Source: Octopus sinensis
Taxonomy: Eukaryota
DNA: 64,000 bases
Assembly: GCF_006345805.1 (NCBI RefSeq)
Contig: NC_043003.1
Location: 14,136,001 to 14,200,000 of the forward strand
Direction of reading: 5' to 3'
Shown: piece after piece, positions 23,050-35,414 of the stretch
Numbering within the stretch: the first letter of the stretch is position 1
Layout of the letters: each line of letters starts with the position of its first letter
Made by a program: the position numbers and the translations under genes
Notes under the pieces: generated by a model
The model's input: the letters and a program-made list of their open reading frames with translations, nothing else
Databases searched by the model: none
Told to the model about the DNA's origin: nothing

Positions 23050-23973
23050 TTAAATTGTGATGATGATGATAATGATGATAATGATGATGATGATGAAAGA
23101 GAGGATAGTTTTACTCTCAAAAACAGATAGGTATGGTTGTGTGGTAAGAAGCTTACTTCCGAACTACATGGTTCTGGGTTCAGTCCCACTGTATGGCATC
23201 TTGAGCAAATGTCTTCTACTACAGGCTCAAGCTGACCAAAGCCGTGTGAGTGGATACGATAGATGGAAACTGAAGGAAGCCCATTGTATGTGTGTGCGTG
23301 TGTGCACACGTTTGTGCTCCACCACCGATTAACAATCGGTGTTGTTGTGTTTATGTCCCCATGACTTAGTGGTTCAGCAAACGCGACCGACAGAATAAGC
23401 ACCAGGCTTTAAAAATAAATAAATAAATAAGCACTGGGGTCAATCCATTCAACAAAATATAAATTGTGCAAGGTGATGCCCCAGCATGGCCGCAGTCTAA
23501 TGCCCGAAACAAGCAAAAGAGCAAAAAAATAAAAGAACGTAAGCAAGATATATAATAATTGTTTACAAATCTACAGCATGGAGATACTCAAGTTGAAGCA
23601 AAAAAAAAAAATATATATAATCTGAAAAATATGAAGCACTAATTCTCAACTATTTCGAGAGCTTATCTCAGGTTCATTGTATTTTATTGTTTTTTTTTTA
23701 CCGAAAATAATTATTAGTTATAAGATTGTATACTTCTTCCAATCAAACACCTATAGTAATAATACAATTATTTTTCAAATAAATATCAATAAGATGCCTG
23801 TAACATCTATTTCTTCTCTTTTGCTAGAAATTCTTTTTATTTCTTTTTAACCAGTCATTATCATAGCACTTCCTTGTAATTAGAAAAGGCAATGGAGCAG
23901 TATAAATATAACCCATATTATTGCATCCAAGGAAGGTTTTAAAAAAATTTTTATGAAGACTAGATAGTGATAA

Positions 23974-24240
23974 TCTATATATATAAATGTGTAATGGTGT
24001 GTGTGTGTGTATTTGGGGTTATTCTAACTCCTCCCACACTGCCCAACCGATTTTAATGATTTTTGGCACATATGTAGATCACATGCCCTGAAGTTCAAAT
24101 AATGCTGGGATTTTTTGAAAACTCAATAACGCTCCGTTGGCATCGATTTTTGTGAGCTCAATTGGGCATTTGAATGGAAATTCCCACGATGATGTTATTT
24201 TTCCTGCAGCTTTTGCATTTTTTCACGTGCAAAATTTCAA
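23974..24240 (+). mobile_element. Helitron-like 5' portion
   Basis: A|TCTATATATATAAATG start, (GT)n tract, then CCAACCGATTTTAATGATTTTTGGCAC, all typical of non-autonomous Helitron 5' ends. No CTRR 3' end was found. Confidence 0.5.
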
Positions 24241-24747
24241 CAAAATTGATAGAATAGTCTCTAAAGAAATGCTTAAAAATTGATAGAATAGTCTCTAAAG
24301 AAATGCTTAAAATTTTTTATGAAGACTAGATAGTGATAATTGAATGAATAAAGCTCAAGAGATATTTCTTTGACCCAAAACAAAACCTGCTGTGTTTGAA
24401 TAAATTCTTTTATGTGCGTGTGGGTGTGTGTAGGTGTCATCATAGCGGTCGTTTCAATGTCCATGTTTCCTTGCTTGCGTGGGAAACAGAATTTGTCAAA
24501 GCAGATTTTTCTATGATTGGACAACTTTCATGTCACCTTCCCTCATATGATGTCTTCGCTTGGCGAGGCATGTTTTCTTGTATTGTGATGATGGTGATGA
24601 CAGTCATGCGGGTGGTGATGGCGATGATGATGATGATGCTTGCTTACAACCATCATGTAATGTCAAGACAAGAGTGCACACAAACACACACACACACACA
24701 CACACATACATATTATATACATACACAACAGGCTTCTTCCTGTTTCT

Positions 24748-25160
24748 TATTTCTTTACTACCCACAAGGGGCTAAACACAGAGGGGACAAACAAGGACAG
24801 ACAGACGGATTAAGTCGATTATATTGACCCCAGTGCGTAACTGGTACTTATTTAATCGACCCCAAAAGGATGAAAGGCAAAGTCAACCTCGGCGGAATTT
24901 ACCTTAGAACGTAGCGGCAGACGAAATACCTATTTCATTACTACCCACAAGGGGCTAAGCATAGAGGGGACAAACAAGGACAGACAAATGGATTAAATCG
25001 ATTATATCGACCCCAGTGCAAAACTGGTACTTTATTTATCGACCCCGAAAGGATGAAAGGTAAAGTCGACCTTGGTGGAATTTGAACTCAGAACATAGCA
25101 GCAGAGGAAATACTGCTGTGCATTTTGCCCGGCGTGCTAACGTTTCTGCCAGCTCACTGC
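24748..25160 (-). mobile_element. Head-to-tail dimer of SINE family M inside a family A copy
   Basis: Full copy about 25160-24932 followed by a 5'-truncated copy about 24931-24750; flanks resemble a short duplicated CTGTTTC. Confidence 0.85.
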
Positions 25161-25729
25161 CTTTCTGTTTCTGTCTATCAAATCCACCCACCAGACTTTA
25201 GTTAACACAGGGCAATAGTAGATGATGCTTACCCAAGGTGTCATGTAGTGGAACTGAACCTGGAGAGCAAACTGCTTACCACACAACCACACCTGTGCCC
25301 CACCCCATACACACATGCACATATATCATCATCATCATCATCATCATCATTTAACATCTGTTTTCCATGCTGGCATGAGTTGGACGGTTTGGCAGGAGCT
25401 GGTAAACAGGAGAGCTGCATCAGGCACTAATTGTCTGTTTTGGCATGGTTCCTCTGGTTAGATGCCCTTCCTAATGCCAACCACTTTACAGAGCGTAATG
25501 GGTGCTTTTAACACAACCTCAGAAACAGTGCTTTAAATACACAAATATATACACACAGGCACACACACACACACATATACACATGTGTGTGTGTATATAT
25601 ATATATATATCGAGAAAGATAGATATAGATAGATAGACAGATAGACAGACAGATAGATAAATAGATTGAAAGATAGACAGCAAGATAGATAGATATACAC
25701 AGGTATGCATATGTGTGTGTGTGTGTGTA

Positions 25730-26042
25730 TCATCATCATCATCATCATTTAGCGTCCGTTTTCCATGCTAGCATGGGTTGGACGGTTCTACTGGGGTCTG
25801 TGAAGCCAGGAGGCTTCATCAGGCCCAGTCAAATCTGGCAGTGTTTCTACGGCTGGATGCCCTTCCTAACGCCAACCACTCCGTGAGTGTAGTGGGTGCT
25901 TTTTACGTGCCACCCGCACTGGTGCCAGACAGAGCTGGCAAACGGCCACGAACGGATGGTGCTTTTTATGTGCCACCGGCACGAGGGCCAGGCGAGGCTG
26001 GCAACGGATACGAAACGGGGCGGTGCTGGCAACGGTCGCGAA

Positions 26043-26045
<3 letters not shown>
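25730..26045 (-). mobile_element. Young RTE 3' UTR subfamily copy
   Basis: About 10 differences over about 260 bp, counted by eye, from the inverted copy at 51041-51300. Confidence 0.88.
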
Positions 26046-26097
<52 letters not shown>

Positions 26098-26181
26098 TAT
26101 ATAGATAGACAAAAAGACTGACAGAAATACACAGATATGCATGTGTATATAAAAGTACACACAAACACGCGCGCGCGCACG

Positions 26182-26212
<31 letters not shown>

Positions 26213-26381
26213 GCTTTTACAAAGTTCCCACCTACCAAATTTCCAAATTCACTGACATGGCATTGCTTAGCTTGGGGGTTAATAGTAAAAGACACTTGAC
26301 CGAGGTGCCACACGGCGGGACTGAACTCGAAACTACATGATTACAAAATAAGCTTCTTACCCACACAGCCATCAATGAAAC

Positions 26382-26413
<32 letters not shown>

Positions 26414-26758
26414 CAAAAGTCATTCAGTTTCGCTACAAAAACAGAACTTACCGAATCAATTACTCTCAAAGCAAAAATATAGCCTAATACAGACGAGCGG
26501 GGGAGGATGGGGGACTAACAAAACCAAACAGAGACCATCTTGATATCAAACCATCATAAACTTCATCTGATTCATAAAATCTTGCATCAAATGTCTGGTT
26601 TGCATTCAGATTCCACCATAAAATCAAGAACAGGATAACTTTTGTTTTTACTTTATTATAACATCTATGTTATATGACTGTCCGTATATTCAGCTTATTT
26701 GGTGTTTTACAGATTTATTATAATTGCTATCTTTATTATTATTATTATCATTATTATT

Positions 26759-26860
26759 GAGTGAGAGAGCAGTGCATGCCATCAAAGTGACACTGGGGTA
26801 AAATATACGAAGCCCAGTATACCTATCATGACTACCCATCCAATAAGGGTACATCAGGCA

Positions 26861-26862
<2 letters not shown>
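26759..26862 (-). mobile_element. Family B, 5'-truncated
   Basis: Reverse complement of the family B 3' end, with (ATT)n on both sides. Confidence 0.85.
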
Positions 26863-26896
<34 letters not shown>

Positions 26897-27387
26897 AGAC
26901 ACATTATTATTATAATTATTATTATTATTATCATCATCATCATCATTACATTATTATTATTATAATTATTATCATTATTATTAATGTTATTTGGGCGGTG
27001 AGCTGGCAGAATTGTTTGCATGCTAGACGAAATGCCACCAAGATCAACTTTGCCTTTCATCCTTTCGGGGTTGATAAATTTAAGTACCAGAGAAACACTG
27101 GGGTCGACGTAATTGACTCCTCCCCGCCTCCCTCGAGCTGTCCTTGTGGCAAAAATTGAAACAATTATTATTATTATTATCAATGTGGTTAGCAGGTAGA
27201 ATTGCAACTGCACTGGACCAAATGCTTAGTGGTGTTTTGTTCATCTTTTACATTAAGTTCAAATTCCACCGAGGTCAATTTTTTGCCTTTCACCCTTTCA
27301 AGGTCCCAGTAAAATACTGGGGTCAATGTCATCAACTCTAGTCATTAGACTATGGAGTAGATTTGGTAGATGGAAGCTGAAAGAAAT

Positions 27388-27430
<43 letters not shown>

Positions 27431-28071
27431 GTATGTTTGTGTGTCTGTGTTTGTACCCCTGCCAACATCACTTGACATCTGATGTTGGTGTGTTTACGTC
27501 CCTGTTACTTAGCGGTTCAGCAAAGGAGACAGCTGGAATAAGTTCTAGGCTTACAAAGAATAAGTTCCTGGGGGTCGATTAGTTCGACTAAAGGCGGTGC
27601 TCTAGCATGGCCACAGTCAAATGGCTGAAACAAGTGAAAGAATATAAGAAAAGCAAAAGGCTGAAAATATGTATTAGTTCGCTCTGGTAGTGGTGGGGGG
27701 GGTGATGATGATTGGGGGGGGGTCTCTTTATGAGAGAACAAAACCATTTGTTTTACATTGGTGTAGTGTTCCATATTGCAATACATATTACTCTTGGATA
27801 ACACAATTAAAAGAAACTTATCGAAATGCAATTTCAAACAGCTTATTATTCTAATCAGAAAATATTTAGATAATCTAATTTTCGGAAGAAAATAGATGTT
27901 AAAAATGAAAGTTTTGAAAATTTGCAAAAATTTCGAATGAAAAGTTAAATAAAAAATAGCAAGTTAGAGAAAATATTGGTAAAAAGGATTCTTTCTCTTG
28001 GAATTTCATTTTAATCATACTCATTGTTGGTTACTTGGTCATGCTAAAAAGTCACACAGTGTGAAGGCATG

Positions 28072-28390
28072 TGGCTCTGAGGTTAGGGTATTTAGGGTAT
28101 TCGGCTCACACTCATAAGGTTGTGGTTTCAATACCTGGCAGCATGTTGTATCGTTTCATCATGGTGCTTTATTCCATGTTACTGCAGTTTACTCACCTGG
28201 CGACAATGAGAGGTACCCGTAATTCAAAGGGGCCAGCCTTGTCACATTCTATACACTGAATCTCCCTGAGAACTACATTAAGGGTATGCATGTCTGTGGA
28301 GTACTCAGCCATTTGCATGTTGATTTGAAGAGCAGGCTGTTCCGTTGATCGGATCAACTGGAATTCTTGCCATCATAACTGAGTGCCAGT
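28072..28390 (+). mobile_element. tRNA-headed SINE sharing its 3' region with the 58316 element
   Basis: Degenerate head; 3' part GGGCCAGCCTTGTCACA...GAGCAGGCTGTTCCGTTGATCGGATCAACTGG is shared with 58316-58680. Confidence 0.7.
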
Positions 28391-28403
28391 TGCCAGAAAG
28401 TCA

Positions 28404-28442
<39 letters not shown>

Positions 28443-29197
28443 TGTTTGACATCCGTTTTCCATGCTAGCATGGGTTGGACGGTTTGACCGGGGTCTGGGA
28501 AACCAGTAGGCTGCACCAGGCTCCAGTCTGATCTGGCAGTGTTTCTACAGCTGGATGCCTTTCCTAACGCCAACCACTCCGTGAGTGTAGTGAGTGCTTT
28601 TTACGTGCCACGGGCACAGGTGCCAGGGGAGGCTGGCAGCAGCCAGGATTGATTGGTGCTTTTTACGTGCCACCGGCACTATCATATTGTTGATACCATA
28701 AGGATTTATAAACTTTTTTTGAGAGAATGTTTGAATAATTCTTTTATGAAATTGGTTCTCAAAGAACATATAAAGCATGAAAATATTGTTTGGAAAAACC
28801 CTTGTGGATAAAAAATTCTAAGGTATACATATATGCATGCATGTATGTATGTGTGTCCATGTGTCCCATCACATGCATGCCACTACATGACAACTGGTAT
28901 TGGTTTGTTTACAACCTCCTACCTTAGCAGTTCAGCAAAAGAGATGAATACACTAAGTACCAGATTTAAAAATTAGTACTGGGGAGGAAGGGTTGATTTG
29001 TTTGACTGAAAGAACCCCTCATAACGATGCCCCAGCAGGGCTGCTGTCCAATGATTGATTGAAACAAGTAAAAGATAAAAGATTCATTTCATTATTTTTG
29101 AATAAATCCCTTGAAATTTAAAAGAAGTCTTACTATAATAATTGCAGCTATGTGTGATGGGTAGCATTACCTGATATTACCAATGCTGGCCAAAGTA

Positions 29198-29660
29198 CAA
29201 TGGTGGCCCAAAAGTCACAGGTGGCTCAAATGTCACAAAGGTGTTAATAATTCATTTATGCTGTTTAAATTTAAAGATAGCTTAGAACCACACACAGTAT
29301 ATATATATATATATATATATCACGTGACCAACCAGGCTATCAGATGTTGCTACACATCACTGGTCACAATGCGCTTCGCATTGTTTTAGCCTTCAAATGA
29401 CGCCACCCCGCTGGCTAAGCAAGCAAGCTTATATATATATATATATATTTTATTCTTTTACTTGTTTCAGTCATTTGACTGTGGCCATGCTGGAGCACCG
29501 CTTTTAGTCAAATGAATCGAGCACAGGACGTATTCTTTGTAAGCTTAGTACTTATTCTATCGGTCTCTTTTGCCAAATCACTAAGTTAGAGAGATATAAA
29601 CACACCGACATCAGTTGTCAAGTGATGGTGGTGGAGACAAACACAGACACACAAACATAA

Positions 29661-29692
<32 letters not shown>

Positions 29693-29711
29693 CATACATA
29701 CACACACACAC

Positions 29712-29743
<32 letters not shown>

Positions 29744-29753
29744 TATATATATA

Positions 29754-29789
<36 letters not shown>

Positions 29790-29990
29790 ATACATATATA
29801 TACGACAGGCTTCTTTCAGTTTCTGTCTAGTGACACTCAGTGAGACTGACCCCAGAACCATATATACATACAGGAAATATATATACATTAGAAGTGAAGA
29901 GTCACACATTTTGTGATTTACAAATAAAATATGTAACTAAAACAAATTTATTAAACTTTTAGACCCCTCTGTGACTTTTGGGCCACCCTA
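29198..29990. mobile_element. Tc1/mariner-type MITE expanded by nested insertions
   Basis: 19-bp perfect inverted repeat GGTGGCCCAAAAGTCACAG (29202-29220) / CTGTGACTTTTGGGCCACC (29969-29987) with TA flanks; contains a SINE 3' fragment and a family A copy (29448-29860). Confidence 0.7.
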
Positions 29991-30105
29991 TATATACCAA
30001 AAATCGTATGGTGAATAATAAACACATACTAGTACGTAAGTATGACTGAGATCTTAATACAAGAAAGCAACAACAACAAAAAAACAACTAACATTCCAAA
30101 TGACT

Positions 30106-30136
<31 letters not shown>

Positions 30137-32409
30137 GTCCTCTTTTACACTGCCTTGACACCAGCAAAAAGCAAACAGTTGTGTAACACCCAGCCTCCCA
30201 CTTCTCTCTTTAGACATTTGTGTCTGGCAGAAACTAAAATTACAAAACTCTGAAACAAAAGTAAATAACCGAAATGACGAATAAAACACAAGAACACTTT
30301 TCTCCTTTTTTTTTCCTTTTCTTTTTTCCTTATCTTTTTTTTTTTTTTTTTTTGCAGTAAAGCAGAAAAAGATTTCTTCTGTATAATGGTGTTAAGTTAA
30401 ATCTAAATTTGGTTCAACTTTAAAAATTTGAAATCCGTTGTTTTGGTATCAGCATGTAGGAAGTGGCTAGGTTAGATGCTGAAAGAGAGAGACAGAGCTA
30501 GTACAATGTCAGAAAGCAAACAAAAATAACATGACGATGAAGGTTTTTTTTTTTTTTTTGAGGAATTTTTTTTTTAATTTTTTTTTTTCAATAAATTATG
30601 TCTTCAAATTCCACCTAGGTCGACTTTGCCTCTTATCCTTTTGGGGTTGGTAAATCAAGTACCAGTTGTGTACTGGGGTCAATGTAATCGACTGCTCCCC
30701 GACAAAAAAAAATTTCAGGTCTTGTGCTTAGAGTAGAAAAAATAAATAATGTCCTTATAGAAACACATGAATTTTATCTTTTTAGCTTTTGGGTCATTGA
30801 TAGGGCTGTATCCATGCTAGGGAGCGGTCTTGAAGAGTTTAGTTGAACAAATTAACACCAGTACTTATTGTAAGTTACAGGGACATAAACAAACCAACAC
30901 CGATTGTCAAGTGATGGTAGGGGGGATAAACACACACACACACACTCATACATGTATAAATAGAAGCCCATCGTGCACATAAATGAGAAATTTGTTTTAA
31001 ATAATTATATTTTACAATCACACATGTATGATATTGATGTTCATTTATAACTATTACATGTCTGCACAAGGGTACACACACACACACACACACACATGCA
31101 TGCATATGATGGGCTTCTCTCAGTTTCCATCTGCCAAGTTCACTCACAAGGATGTGGAAATCCATTATACATATGTATATGTCACCACCACCACCATCAT
31201 CATCATCATTTATTGTCCGTTTTCCATACTAGCATGGATTGGATGGTTTGATAGGAGCTGGTAAGCCCAGGGACCCTCCAGGCTCTGTTGTCTGTTCCAG
31301 CATCATTTCTAACCACTTTACTGAGTGTACTGGGTGCTTTTTTACGTGGCACCTGCATCAGTATCAATTCTGCTGTGGTGGACAGGTCTTCTTGTGCATA
31401 TCAAGGCACCACATATCTCAGTCTTTTGTCATGTCCCCAGTATTCCATCTATCACATTCACTCACAAGGCATTGGCCGGGGCCAGGTCTATAATAGAAAA
31501 CCCTGATCCGAGATGCTGCACTCTTATCTAGATATCACATGATGGTCGTAAATGAGCATCGTCATCATCCTACAAGAGAAGTTGTTTGTTCCAATCTTCC
31601 AAAACAAAAAAACATGTCTAGCTTATGAGAAAATATTAAATTGCTTGAAAACAAGTGAGGGTTGTCAACAGGAAGAGCATCCAACCACAAAGCATTTGCT
31701 TCAACAAATTTCATCAGACTCATGCAAGCATGGAAAAAGAAACGGACATTAGATGATGGTAGTTGCACAGGGTTAACTTCTGTAAAATGATGATGACAAT
31801 GGATTTTGTGTAGAATATCCAGAATTAAGATGTCAGTAGACTCACGACAGAGATAGGAAAGAACAGCCACAGGCAGAACATAATCTTGAATAAACAATAA
31901 CATATATCCTGTTTTTAATTCTGAAAGAAATTTAGTTGATTTAACAGAATAAAACCAGTGTTAACACATGACTAACTTCTGGTGATGAATAATTTTTAGT
32001 TAATTTTCACATCACTACATTACAATGGACAATATAATCTAGCTTCAGTGACTTTACTGAGATTAATTGATGAGCACCAGGTAATTAAACCCAAATAAAT
32101 ACAAGAAATAGTTAAAAGTATATCATAACACCAACTATAGATTTTTCTTTTAATATTCTAATACAATTTAATTTGTATTTGTATTTGTGACTGGAGGGCC
32201 TGTAAGGGCCATCATTAGTCAACTGCTCCATATCAACAGAAGATAAAAAAAAACAAATCTTGTTTTATACTAGTCACCTGAGGCAAAAGAAGTCTTATGA
32301 AGAACATAATGCTTCCTTGACCTTCTATATAAAATTATATGGTGCTGGTGCCACATAAAAAGCACCCAGCACACTCTGTAAAGTGGTTGGCATTATACAT
32401 ACATATATA

Positions 32410-32570
32410 TATATATATAGTCAATTCAAATAAACAACCAATAAAATTAATAACAGACAAGAGGACGTGTGTAAGGAATATATTAGTTTGACACTCGGTA
32501 AAAAGAGAGAGCTTTTGACATTTCAAGCATAACTCTTCATCGGAAAGAAGGGTTAAGTCTGAAAAAGGGA
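32410..32570 (-). mobile_element. Penelope-like terminal-repeat fragment with hammerhead motif
   Basis: Minus strand CTTT-CCGATGA-A-GAG-TTATG-CTT-GAAAT-GTC-AAAAG; downstream region homologous to the 21392 and 35415 copies; ends in (TA)n. Confidence 0.6.
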
Positions 32571-32577
32571 ACCACAT

Positions 32578-32975
32578 ATAGGTGCAGAATCATGTGGTAA
32601 GTAGCTTGCTTACCAACCACATGATTCTGGGGTTCAGTCCCAATGCTTGGCACCTTGGGCAAGTGTCGTCTACTATAGCCTCAAGCCAACCAAAGCCTTG
32701 TGAGTGGATTTGATAGATGGAAACTGAAAGAAGCCTGTTGTATATGTATATATATATATATGTTTGTGTGTCTGTGTTTTTGCCCCTCCCCCCAACATCG
32801 CTTGACAACTGATGGTGACATGTTTACATCCCTGTAGCTTAGCGGTTCAGCAAAAAAAAAACCAATAGAATAAGCACTAGGCTTACAAAGAATAAGTCCT
32901 GGGGTCAATTTGTTCAACTAAAGGCAGTGCTCTAGCATGGCCGCAGTCAAATGACTGAAACAAATAAAGAGTATA
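32578..32975 (+). mobile_element. SINE family A, full length
   Basis: Head, core, TA tract and tail are all present. Confidence 0.9.
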
Positions 32976-33129
32976 TATATGTATGTATGTGTATGTATAA
33001 TGATATTCCCTTTATTGTTGAATGACTGGCTGTGTTATTCAGGGGCTCACCGTAAACCTTATTATCACCATACTGTTTTAGGGCTAAGCAGTGACATATA
33101 TAAATACAAGGTTGTTACCAGTGCAAATG

Positions 33130-33366
33130 TTTCTTTATTACCCACAAGGGGCTACACACAGAGGGGACAAACAAGGACAGACAAACGAATTAAGTCGATT
33201 ACATCGACCCCAGTGCGTAACTGGTACTTATTTAATTTATCGACCCTGAAAGGATGAAAGGCAAAGTCGACCTTGGCGGAATTTGAACTCAGAACGTAGC
33301 GGCAGATGAAATACAGCTACGCATTTCGCCCAGCGTGCTAACGTTTCTGCCAGCTCGCCACCTTAG
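33130..33366 (-). mobile_element. SINE family M (tail 1), full length
   Basis: Near-consensus reverse complement of 20626-20861. Confidence 0.9.
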
Positions 33367-34103
33367 TTCAAATATGCTTGAGGCGTATTCAAACCCAGAA
33401 GAATCCCATTCATTGTACTGTGTCATGGAAAAAAATCCCTTTTCTTGCTGTAAAGAAATAGATGAAAGTACACCAAAATAGTTCAAAGTAGCAGTGACAA
33501 GAATAATTTCTTTGCCACAACATCTATAATTATATCTGTCCAGATGTTGAAATATAGCAAAACTCAGGCAAAACCCCCAAGATTTAATTCATGCAAATTA
33601 AAAAAAGCAGATTAAAATGAAGAAGTGGTTAGTAATTATGAGAAAGACCCCGCCAATCCCTATTAATTTTTTTTTTTTCCTCCTTTTAATCTTCACACGA
33701 ATATGTAATCTGAAGGTAAAATTTCTCTAAGAATCCCTACCCCCATGTCCCCTGCCTTATAGATCCTTGCAAAGCTTATGTGATTTCTGGAAATATATAT
33801 ATTCCTTAAAAAATATATATATATTCTTTATAAATGTAATTAATTACAAACCCACTTAATATTCACAACATTTATATTCAACAATTATTTTGCTACGTTT
33901 TTTTTTTCTTTTCCCTTTTTTTCTTTAGGGAATGAAAATTTATCATCTCATATATATTTTTCTACATACAACGAAAGTTATTTATATATATATATTTTTT
34001 CTACACGGAACAAAACTATTTATTTCTCTGATTGATCACTTCTGTTATTTTTTTAATACTATTAAAGCGTTAAAAATTTAATGATTTTCTTTCATTATTA
34101 TTA

Positions 34104-34161
<58 letters not shown>

Positions 34162-34483
34162 TACTACTACTACTATTATTACTGATATTAATATTATTAC
34201 AGCAGAAATATATTTTATTACATTTCAAGGAACAATCGTTAGATCCACTCTTGGATAATGGAGTGTCTTGGATAAAATGAAGATTGTTTAAAGTTGTTTT
34301 TTGAATTTATCCGAAGCAAGGAACATTAAGGAAATGATTATGGTAATAATATATACACAGGCATAACAGAGTGGTTAAGAAATTCTCTTTGCAGTCTCGG
34401 AAAACCTCCAGGTTCAATCCCAAGCCATGGAGTGGGGTTGTTTTTTACTACAGCCCTGGGTTAACCCAGGAATGCACTTATAT

Positions 34484-34715
34484 ATTTCTTCATTGCCCAC
34501 AAGGGGCTAAACACAGAGTGGACAAACAAGGACAGACAAACGGATTAAGTCGATTACATCGACCCCAGTGCGTAACTGGTACTTTATTTATCGACCCCGA
34601 AAGGATGAAAGGTAAAGTCAACCTTGGCAGAATTTGAACTCAGAAAGTAATGGCAGACGAAATACCGCTAAGCATTTCGCCCAGTGTGCTAACGTCTCTG
34701 CCAGCTCGCCACCTT
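34484..34715 (-). mobile_element. SINE family M (tail 1) with 18-bp TSD
   Basis: Perfect duplication CCAGGAATGCACTTATAT at 34466-34483 and 34716-34733. Confidence 0.92.
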
Positions 34716-35414
34716 CCAGGAATGCACTTATATTTCAAAGGATCAGCCTAGTTAGACTGGGTCATGCTAATTCCGCTTAAAATTTACATTACAGAAAAAA
34801 TGGTGCTCTGTTGGTTGATGACAACGAACGTTCCAGTTGATCTATTCAACCAAACTGCCTGCTTCTGAACACACACACATATACATACAGATATACATAC
34901 ACATACACACATATACATACACAGTGGCTGTGTAGTAAGTAGCTTGCTTACCAACCACATGGTTCCGGGTTCAGTCCCACTGCATGGCACCTTGGGCAAG
35001 TGTCTTCTACTATAGCCTCAGGTCAAGCAAAGCCTTGTTGGTGGATTTGGTAGACGGAAACTGAAAGAAGTCCATCGTACATATGTTTATATATATATAT
35101 TTGTCCCTCCACCATCACTTAACAATCAATGTTGGTGTGTTTACATCCCCGTAACTTAGTGGTTCGGCAGAAAAGAGACCAATAGAATAAGTACTAGGTT
35201 TACAAAGAATAAGTCCCATGGTACTCCAGCATGGCCGCAGTCAAATGACTGAAACAATTTTAAATAAATGAAAGAAAGAATGCATCATCATCATAGTTTA
35301 ACGTCTGCTTTCCATGCTAGCATGGCTTGGACTCAACCCATGCTAGCATCCAATACATATATATATATACATATATACATACATATACACACACACACAC
35401 ACACATATATATAT

